A stretch of DNA of 63,816 nucleotides, filler included, from Lenisia limosa (taxonomy: Eukaryota > Protista > Breviatea), in assembly GCA_001655205.1 (NCBI GenBank). It is 13 parts of 13 records of this genome, joined end to end, with 100 filler letters (N's around TTAATTAATTAA, not from the genome) between each part and the next. Parts side by side here need not be neighbours in the genome. Positions count along the whole stretch, not along the records: positions 49,656 to 51,291 come from LPNZ01006534.1; positions 51,392 to 55,605 come from LPNZ01007904.1; positions 55,706 to 58,634 come from LPNZ01001422.1; 10 more parts are not named here. One strand, written 5' to 3'. Position numbers and translations under genes: made by a program. Below the pieces are notes generated by a model. The model was given only the letters and a program-made list of their open reading frames with translations. It had not been told where the DNA came from and made no database searches. Shown here piece after piece: positions 49,803-58,734 of the stretch (position 1 is the first letter of the stretch; every line of letters starts with the position of its first letter).

Positions 49803-51113
49803 TCACTGTGACATCACCCCTTTAATGAGAATGATGAAGGTTTCGAAAATATTGCACTCTTTCATATTAGGAAAGTTCAAGGCAATCCTACCTAGATGTT
49901 GGAGAGTCTGGCTGGGGAGTTCGGGGTGCAGGGGGGTTAGATGTGGGTCTAAAAAGTCACAATGGACAGTTAGAGCTTCCCTGCGGTCCAAAAAAGGCCG
50001 TTTAATATCGATATTTATCGAGAATTTATCGAGAACTTATCGAGAATTTCAGTCTTTTTTGGGATTATTGGGAAGCCCTATGGACAATACACAGGGCTAT
50101 TTCAATTTTTTACTGTCCGGTTGTAAAAATTGAAGAGGAGTTTTCAATACTTGCCCTGTCCCTGTCCCCCTCTTGCATACTGTATATTGTATTATCACCC
50201 ACACACACATAGAGGTTTACCAACAGAGTTGATTTGAGCTTTTTTGTGACATAAAGGTTCCAATTTTACTCCCCCTTACGGCTGTTTAACGGCCTCAGCG
50301 GCATTGATTTTTTCGAACAAAAGACGCAGTACTCTCTCCTTGTCGCTCAGAGGTAAAGTGTCAATTGTGTCATTGGACGATCCAGCAAGGGGCTCTGGAG
50401 GACGTAAAAAGGGGGTATTGAGAGCCTCCCCCCCCCCGAAACGATCATGATAATCTGAGATATGGCAGGTGCTATATTAGAGCTCTCCTCATCCTTAGAA
50501 GATGTGGTAAAATGCAAGTACTCTGTACAGTGACCGGGATAAGTCTTGACTGATTTGCTATGTGATTTCCCAAGGAAAATCGCTCAAGACTTATGTATAT
50601 ATACCATATTACTACTATTAGGGCTTCACTTCGGTTCGAAAAAAACTGAATTTTTCGATATATCCTCGAAAACTATCGATATTTCTTTCCCGAACCGAAG
50701 TGAAGCCTTAAATACTATGATTCTAATAGTATAGACCCCCCACCTCGCGCCATGAGATCATCAACAACTTCCGAAGAAGGCATGTTGCCTTTTTGGGCTT
50801 CCTGGGGGGAGTAAATATGAAACAAAAAACCCCAAATAAGCGTTGGCCTCCTGAGGAGATGGAAAATGGGGATTTATGACAATAATAATAATAATAAAAA
50901 AAGAATAGCAAATAATTTACTTTATTGACTAATCTGTTTATTTTTCATAAAAATTCCACTTTTACCACTTTTTAGCTACAGACGCTGCAACCCCCTTTTT
51001 AGATGAGCCAAAATACCCCCCACGTTAATAGCGGCTACAGCGGCGGACGGTGGCTTTCGTCCCAGCGACTGCAGAGTGGGGAACAGGTCCGAGCCTAATA
51101 TCGTAAATCGCGT
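49803..51113 (-). CDS. C-terminal exons of a hypothetical protein (5' truncated)
   Basis: EAQKGNMPSSEVVDDLMAR; EPLAGSSNDTIDTLPLSDKERVLRLLFEKINAAEAVKQP; QTLQHLGRIALNFPNMKECNIFETFIILIKGVMSQ*. Confidence 0.5.
49971..50080. mobile_element. hAT-like MITE, subfamily A2
   Basis: TSD TGGACAGT/TGGACAAT; triplicated TTATCGAGAA. Confidence 0.85.
50217..50275 (-). repeat. Family D fragment abutting a donor
   Basis: Minus strand exon|GTAAGGGGGAGTAAAATTGGAACC...; donor at 50278-50279. Confidence 0.85.
50526..50598. mobile_element. Family E hairpin MITE (right end decayed)
   Basis: TACAGTGACCGGGATAAGTCTTGAC...CTCAAGACTTAT. Confidence 0.75.
50619..50710. mobile_element. hAT-like MITE, family A
   Basis: TSD ACTACTAT/AATACTAT (7/8). 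Confidence 0.9.
50805..50846 (+). repeat. Family D fragment abutting an acceptor
   Basis: CTG(50802-04)GGGGGAGTAAATATGAAACAAAAAACCCCAAAT. Confidence 0.7.
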
Positions 51114-51218
51114 CTATGTTTTCTGAATCTCAAGATACTATTTCTGAGGTACTTGTTCTCAACAATAGACTTATCCGTGTGTTAATTAATCCAAAACTAC
51201 TAATGATATGGTGATAAA

Positions 51219-51291
51219 TAGCAATGAGAAATAAAAACAAGATTGTATCTGGCCAAAGCCTTCCACACCATCACGCTTATAAGATCTTGGA
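51219..51291 (+). repeat. Family C 5' part, cut by gap
   Basis: TAGCAATGAGAAATAAAAACAAGATTGTATCTGGCCAAAGCCTTCCACACCATCACGCTTATAAGA. Confidence 0.85.
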
Positions 51292-51841
51292 NNNNNNNNN
51301 NNNNNNNNNNNNNNNNNNNNNNNNNNNNNNNNNNNTTAATTAATTAANNNNNNNNNNNNNNNNNNNNNNNNNNNNNNNNNNNNNNNNNNNNTTATGGCAG
51401 ATGTTAACAGAAGTACATCAAAACTACCAAATTTTGGTGTATCTTTTTTATTTCAGATAGACTTCAACAAAAGAATGGAAAGATGATTTACTTTTTGAAG
51501 GAATTTTTTTTTTTATAGGGTTTTATAGGGTTTAGCCGGTCCTGCATATATAAATGTATATATCACCCCCCCCCCCTTTCATNNNNNNNNNNNNNNNNNN
51601 NNNNNNNNNNNNNNNNNNNNNNNNNNNNNNNNNNNNNNNNNNNNNNNNNNNNNNACAGATCCAGGTGAGGGATGAATGAGGGCCTGGGCAAGGGGCAAGA
51701 TGTATCTTACTGGAGGCAATGGAATAAGGGAACATAAACTGTGGGGTTTTTTGAAATGACTGGTCTTAGGAGCAAATTTTCAAATACAGGGCTCAGTGGT
51801 TGAGATTTGAAAATTAGTTTTTTTTCTTTCTCACTCGACAG

Positions 51842-52409
51842 TCTGAACTGGAAACAGAGCGTCAGAACGTGGAAATGACCGAAAGTGTACTTTTGCAAGA
51901 ACACCGCAAGCGCAAGGCAGCTGAGGCCGGGTATGATGGTGTCCTGTCATGTCACTTTCTGGTCATCCCCACAGGGGATTGGCTCGGGTGATTGTTTCAT
52001 AATTCTGGGAACAAATAATCGCACTCATCCACAATTTGGTTCATTCTCACCTCCCAATATTCTTCATCGACAGTTCCTTCGTTTTACTCCTGTAGATTGG
52101 AGCAAGTCAATGAGACCCTCAGGTCAGTTGCCGCCAAGGCTGATGAAGAAGTCCGTCTCAATGACGAGAAGCTGGCTAGGTTCAAGAAGCATCACAACTA
52201 GCCCCCCCCCCTAATTCACTCACTCTCACTCACTTCATTATTCTCTTATTTCACTCAATACATCCCCCCTCAATCTTCGGCTTACCGAATTGATCAAACA
52301 TTTCAATGTGTACCGTTTTTTTGACAGTAGGGAAGGTCAGAGGACTCTTTCAACCAGCTCTTTGACCAGTAGGGAAGATCAGGACTCTATCAACCAACTC
52401 TTTGTATAG
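51842..52409 (+). CDS. 3' exons of a coiled-coil protein
   Basis: Phase-compatible SELETERQNVEMTESVLLQEHRKRKAAEAG/LEQVNETLRSVAAKADEEVRLNDEKLAR/EGQRTLSTSSLTSREDQDSINQLFV*. Confidence 0.6.
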
Positions 52410-53903
52410 CTTTTTTTAGGAAATAAAGGAAACACTTGAATAGGTTCAGTAGCACCCTGGTGGTGTGCTAGAGAAACCAATCAGGAAAGGGAAAGAGCTA
52501 AATACATACATACAAAAGACACCCACTGCCTCTTGATAAAAGTGATCTACAATGAAGCTGACACCTACCGAAGCCGACAGAAGCAATAATGCCAGAGTTA
52601 AGACATTCTCCAAAATCATTAACATGCAGAGGTGATGATACCGTTGGAAAACCGTTCTTTGTCTTCAAATTGGAAAATTTTTTAAAAAACAACTTAGCGG
52701 GAAAACTTCCAGAAGATAGAATTGTGAATTGTGTGAAAGGATCAGTATGGAAGAGACCTCTACATCTTAGAAACCTATCTATCATCTGTCTTTAGGAATC
52801 AAAAGAACAATACTTACAGCATCCAAATCCCTTTCTTTCTTTTTTTGGGAATAAAAAAATAAGGATTATCTATCAACTGTAGGGGTACAAATTTTAAAAA
52901 AGTTCTCCAATAACATGCAAAAACAAAAGGGTAAAAATAAAAAAAAAACAAGCTTAATATTCTCCCTCGCTTTGCAAAATCAGCCTCATGATATACCCCC
53001 TCCCCCCCCTTCGGGTTCTCCAAATGATGAGTGTTGTAGAAAATTGTCACAAGGAAGGTGGACTCTCGTGATTAAAGGGGAAGGAGGTACTTGTATGGGT
53101 TTCAACTCGGTATTGGGGTGGTGAAGGATGAATGATTGCTTGGAATCTGCCAACATGGGCGATTGCAAAATGTCATCAAATATCAAAAATCAAAAGCACC
53201 TCTGTCATTATAAACAAGTATGGAAGCACTCACCGCTTAACACAGCTTACAGTTGGCTTACGGGGTTTAAAAATCTGAATCTGTCCGCATGTTATCAAAA
53301 GCCTGTTTAGGGGAAAGGGTGTAAGTCGCAAGAGGTTAGTGGAACGAACCAGTTTAAGGGCAAAGGCTACTTCTTTTTATTCCTTTTTACAGCATATTTT
53401 ACTATAAATAAGGATAGCTCAGCGTAGTTCGCTTGGAGCTGCGTTACAACTATATGCCTTCCTGAGAATAAATCGGATCACTATTGTCATCAATTATCGA
53501 TCAATTAAGTATTTAGTCCTAACTATAGGCTATGATAAGGCCGTAACTTTGGAATCTGTAGAACAGCAAAATTTCTCCTGCGGGAAGAAACTAAAATTGA
53601 ACAATATTAACTTTTGACTAAAATTAACAAAACATAAGAGGTTTGAGAGAGGGAGTGGTTGAAAAAAAAAAGACAATGTCACAACAACCCTCGCCGTCGG
53701 ACACGTTACACTGCTTTTTAGGCGATTTTTTCATAAAATTTTAGCCTATTTTCACGGTATTAGATAATAAGACTACAAATAACGTTGTGAAGATACTCTG
53801 ATTAGTTGAAAGTTCTGTTTTAAAGCTGGAGCGACATTGTCGCAGCCTGAAACAGCGATTTAAATAAGAGTTGACCTTATAAATAGGAACGAAACGCTTG
53901 AAG

Positions 53904-55585
53904 ATGAGAAGTTTTTTCTCTCTTTGTCTTCTCGCCTTTCTAACCGCCCTTCCCGTGTCATTCGCCTTTAGTATGTCACAAAATGAATAATCAAGGCATT
54001 GCGTTTCAGTCCCCTCTCCTTTCCGTCATCTTCGGCATGATTGACCTCTATAGACTGCGAGTCTGTCACATCCTGCCACGCATGTCTCGTAGATGCCTCC
54101 TGTGGATGGTGTGCGGATGAAGGAGGAGCCTGTATGACCGGAACAGAGTCTTCACCCCCGGGCAAGTGCACAAACTGGTGAGAGATCGCGTCAGGGTTCA
54201 GAGTTGAGTTATCTTTGAAATCGATTGAATCTCATTGACTTAAGCCACCTCTCCGAGATAATTGCTCATTATATTTTGATGTGATTTGTTTTGGTGTTAT
54301 GGATAAATGTGCAGTTTACTTCAGTAACACTTTATCAATTATCAATCTAGCAATCATGATTAGTCCCGTCATTATGATGATATATTTTCAGTTTTGTTTT
54401 TTTCTCTACATTCCCATTTCCTCCATTATCATCAGATTATTCCTTCATGTTCACAACTTTGTTCTTTCAAAGCTTGATTCAAATTTCAGTCGTTACTTGT
54501 TTCTTAAATTTTCCAAACGTTACTCCCCCCCCCCNNNNNNNNNNNNNNNNNNNNNNNNNNNNNNNNNNNNNNNNNNNNNNNNNNNNNNNNNNNNNNNNNN
54601 NNNNNNNNNNNNNNNNNNNNNNNNNNNNNNNNNNNNNNNNNNNNNNNNNNNNNNNNNNNNNNNNNNNNNNNNNNNNNNNNNNNNTTCGTTTTCTCATCCC
54701 CTTAGTTCAAAGTCAAGGCAGTGGATAAGAGTCTTGACCTTTATGTTATCCAGGATCTGTCAGGATCCTACAGAGGTAGGGAAATAGTGTTTTTTATCAC
54801 AAATATATCTGGACGGGAAAACTCCAAATTTTCCTATTAATCCGCGATGTGTTCAGTTATTGTCAGAACGGTCTTTTGCCAATCTCCCCATAACCCCCNN
54901 NNNNNNNNNNNNNNNNNNNNNNNNNNNNNNNNNNNNNNNNNNNNNNNNNNNNNNNNNNNNNNNNNNNNNNNNNNNNNNNNNNNNNNNNNNNNNNNNNNNN
55001 NNNNNNNNNNNNNNNNNNNNNNNNNNNNNNNNNNNNNNNNNNNNNNNNNNNNNNNNNNNNNNNNNNNNNNNNNNNNNNNNNNNNNNNNNNNNNNNNNNNN
55101 NNNNNNNNNNNNNNNNNNNNNNNNNNNNNNNNNACAAGTCCATGTCGCCTTTTGGAGTTTCAGGGTATGTGTGGATCGTCTCACACTTTTTCTTCTTTTC
55201 TCATCCCTCCCCTCCCCGTTACTTTGCTTGAAATACCCAAGGACCTCACATTCGCAGCGAATACTCCTACAAACACTCACGTGATCTTACGACCGATTAT
55301 AACGCTTTTCGTTCTTCTCTTGGCAGCCTTGTTGTCAAATACGGAAAGGATTACCCCGAGTTTGTGGGATATGGCTTGCAGTGATATATTAATCAACTTC
55401 CTTTGTTTTACGTTTGATCATGCGGTGGTAGGACTCTTCGGTGGTGATGTGCTTTGTGAATGTTTAACAAGACCAAATCCATTACCCTCCCCAGGTCCCA
55501 ACTTGAGGGCCTTATGCATTCAATCATCCGTCCGAATTGGGACGATAACAACAGGAAGCTTGTTTTCCTCACGTCTGACGCGCCG
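53904..55585 (+). CDS. Integrin-beta-like protein: signal peptide, PSI domain, betaI/vWA domain (gapped internally, 3' truncated)
   Basis: E1 MRSFFSLCLLAFLTALPVSFAF; E2 NCESVTSCHACLVDASCGWCADEGGACMTGTESSPPGKCTN(W); FKVKAVDKSLDLYVIQDLSGSYR; YSYKHSRDLTTDYNAFRSSLGSLVVKYGKDYPE/SQLEGLMHSIIRPNWDDNNRKLVFLTSDAP. Confidence 0.75.
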
Positions 55586-55725
55586 GTAGGTGTATAATGG
55601 AGGAANNNNNNNNNNNNNNNNNNNNNNNNNNNNNNNNNNNNNNNNNNNNTTAATTAATTAANNNNNNNNNNNNNNNNNNNNNNNNNNNNNNNNNNNNNNN
55701 NNNNNCAAAAAATTTCCCAGGTACA

Positions 55726-55802
55726 TACAGTGGATAAGTCTTGACCGATTATCCATGGGAAAGCATGTGGTAAATTGGTCAAGACTTATCCCAGTCACTG
55801 TT
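55726..55802. mobile_element. Family E hairpin MITE
   Basis: TACAGTGGATAAGTCTTGACCGATT...AATTGGTCAAGACTTATCCCAGTCACTGT. Confidence 0.8.
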
Positions 55803-55876
55803 ATCGCTTAGATTCTCGTGTATGTCAACGAATTTGTAAGCTGCCGATCAAATAGGAGTAATGTACCAACCAGCAC

Positions 55877-55976
55877 TTGGGCTTCACTTTGGTTCAAAAA
55901 AGACCGGTAAAATATCGATAGTTTTCGAAGATTTATCGAGAAATTCAGTCTATTTTTGAACCGAAGTGAAGCCCTC
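55877..55976. mobile_element. hAT-like MITE, family A
   Basis: TSD ACCAGCAC/ACCAGCAG (7/8). Confidence 0.9.
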
Positions 55977-56097
55977 ACCAGCAGTATCGTATAATAATAT
56001 TGTATCATATGCATACTATGATGGCATCTGTATATTCATAAACAGGTCCCCCCTCCCCCTCCCATGCTGAGTAAGGTACACTCACAATAACCTTCAG

Positions 56098-58531
56098 ATC
56101 GGCAATGTGGACTTTGACATGGAGGGCTTCAGGAAGAGAACAGAAGGATTCAGGGTGGGCGGCTCAAGTCTTGATTGTTGTATTTAGGGCTTCACTTCGG
56201 TTCGAAAAAGTCTGAAAATATCAATATTTATCGAAGATTTATCGAGAAATTCCGTCTTTTTTTGAACCGAAGTGAAGCCCTACATATGATGCTGGTCCAG
56301 CAGGTGTTTTGCATATGATGCTGAACAAAGTGGGATTCTGTTAACCTTTTTAGAATGAGCTCAAGCAGCAAGTGGATGATGATGCGGCTCGAAGAAAACA
56401 AAACCAGCAAGATGAGCTGGACCATGACCGCAAAATGGTGGGAGGGGGGGGCTCATTGAGATAAGTGATACTAATCAACGAAGGTTAAAGCCTTTGTTTT
56501 ATATGACAGGCGACAACGAATGTCAAAGCCTTTGTTTTATATGACAGGCGATAATGAGTGTGAAAGCCTTTGTTTTATATGACAGGCGGTAACGAAGGTT
56601 AAAATCAGTACTTCATAAGAAACGATAGAACACCGCATTTTAAACATAGACTCTTGCGCTGAAAGATGTGTAACGTACATACAGATCAGTCTTGACCGAA
56701 TTACTATATGATTTCCCATGGAAAATAGGTCAAGACTTATCCCGGTCACTGTATATTGTTGCATTTTGCTTCACTAAACAGCTGGAGCGGATGCAACAAG
56801 AGAACCAGCGTCTTCTTGACAACAGCATTGACAAGCGGAAAGAGGAGCGTAAAAACCTTGAGGAAATGTGGCGCGATGCTGTCAACCAAGGTGGGAGAAA
56901 TGCCCCCTGTTTTGTTTCGAGTTTTGTGAGATTATCTGTTCAAAAGCCACAATTTCATATCAGGAAACGTACGATTTTGGCCTCACTTTCCATCATACTG
57001 ACCTGCCCAGGTAAAGATGGCGCTTTGAAGAAGAAGGTGAAACAAGCCCAGGAGGAAGTTGAAAACGCAGATAAAATCAGGAGAAGGTGGGAAGTGTGAT
57101 ACCCATTTAGTACCTGGCTTTAGCACTGGTTGTGTTTTTGCATGCGGTTGTGTTTTAGTATGTCCGATATAGTATCCCTTTGCTCCTACCCACCATCCAC
57201 TCCCAACTGCAGTCCCCTCTTTCTCACTTTTCAGCCTTGAAGATCTGAGAAAACAAGCGCTCAAGGACTATGTGAAGGGGAGGGGTGCAAGCAAGAACTT
57301 TATTGGCAATTCGAGATGGTTTTGCTGTATTTGTCAATTCCATAAGCTGCGAACATTTATCCTTTATTTGCGGTCGCTTAGTGACCCACTAGGCCTCGCG
57401 AAGAGCCTCGCTTTCAAGAGGACTCAGGGACCAGCTCGATGAGAGAGACGTGGGACTGGGATGAATGGTTCTTTTTTTCGTTTGGGGATATTTGAGGGAG
57501 AGGGGGGGGGCTGTGTTTTTGTGCAACCAACGCTGACATTATAGGCGAGATTGGCAGCGGAGGAAGCGTGGAGGAAAGCCCCTTGTGACGGCTACTTCAG
57601 CAAGAACCAAAGGCCGCCTGTCAAGAAATGCGGTGAGCCCTGGTCTTGTCTTGTATGTAAGGCTTTACTTCTTCGGGAAAATATTGATAGTTTTCGAGGA
57701 TTTATCCAGAAATGTCTTTTTTCGAACCCAAGTGAAGCCTAGTTGTGTGGGTGCTTGAGTTGCCATACTTATTCCGCGACGTGCCTCCTGTGCTGCCCAG
57801 TTCCTGTGAATACACACACACACCCCAAAACAGGGCTAACTAAGCAGGGGAATGCCTAAAGACGTTCCCTGCTCAGTACTTCTCTGCTGCCCCGAGAAAA
57901 GGCGTATGAGGGCATTTCGAAGGAACGAATGGGGATAGTAACTTTCTTTGCGATACTCCTAAATCACACCTTGTGACCAATTGAGATTAAAATTTACATT
58001 TAGTGCGGTGATATTGACGAGAATATCAATTTATTCCTTCAAAGAAGAATGCACAAACCTAAATACCATTTCTTTCCCTCTTTGAGACTAACCCCCCAGG
58101 ACGCATCACTTTGGCGGAAAACGCCGTTTAAGGGCCGCACAGAGCACGAAATGAAGTATACCCCCATCAAGCCCGCCAAGTAACCATATCATATGTTTTT
58201 TGTTATTTATTGAATCCAAATGTTTCATTTGTGGAAATTGAACGCAATGATTGGTTTGTCTGCAATAAACATCATCCAAAAACTCCCCGTCGCCTTACAA
58301 TTTATTACATGATGGTGACCAAATCAATAATTGATGATGAACAAGTGCATTGATTCAGATCACGCGTTTCATTCAAATCAGAGGACCTCTATTGTACTTA
58401 AACCATTTCACCCTACTGTACACACACAAAACCATAATGTACACTCACTCACTCATCACGCGAATTGACTTCGGTGGCGCCATGCTCGAAATTGATCCCC
58501 AGCTCCCTGATAAGACCTTCCATTGGCCCGG
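56098..58531 (+). CDS. Charged coiled-coil hypothetical protein (partial; the last exons may belong to a second gene)
   Basis: IGNVDFDMEGFRKRTEGFR/NELKQQVDDDAARRKQNQQDELDHDRKM/LERMQQENQRLLDNSIDKRKEERKNLEEMWRDAVNQ/GKDGALKKKVKQAQEEVENADKIRR... Confidence 0.6.
56185..56282. mobile_element. hAT-like MITE, family A
   Basis: Full TIRs; no recognisable TSD. Confidence 0.85.
56483..56605 (+). repeat. 38-bp tandem repeat x3
   Basis: AAAGCCTTTGTTTTATATGACAGGCG core repeated three times. Confidence 0.9.
56680..56753. mobile_element. Family E hairpin MITE
   Basis: ...GTCTTGACCGAATT...GGTCAAGACTTATCCCGGTCACTGTA. Confidence 0.8.
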
Positions 58532-58552
58532 GTAACCCGTTCTATGACGTCA

Positions 58553-58634
58553 GGGGGGGAGGGGTGTAAAATTGGAAAATTTATTAAATAAAAAAGCCCA
58601 AATCAACTCTGTTGGCTACAACATACGAGAGTTG
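58553..58634 (+). repeat. Family D element ~20 nt after a donor
   Basis: Donor at 58532; GGGGGGAGGGGTGTAAAATTGGAAAATTTATT...GCCCAAATCAACTCTGTTGGCTACAACATACGAGAGTTG. Confidence 0.85.
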
Positions 58635-58734
58635 NNNNNNNNNNNNNNNNNNNNNNNNNNNNNNNNNNNNNNNNNNNNTTAATTAATTAANNNNNNNNNN
58701 NNNNNNNNNNNNNNNNNNNNNNNNNNNNNNNNNN

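Noticed and set aside
52500-53330. Possible small gene between the coiled-coil gene and the integrin-like gene
   Set aside because: Exon-like segments exist on both strands, but I could not build a phase-consistent model or recognise a motif.
53410-53470. GGATAGCTCAGCGTAGTTCG... as a tRNA-like 5' end
   Set aside because: No T-arm or acceptor-stem complement could be found.
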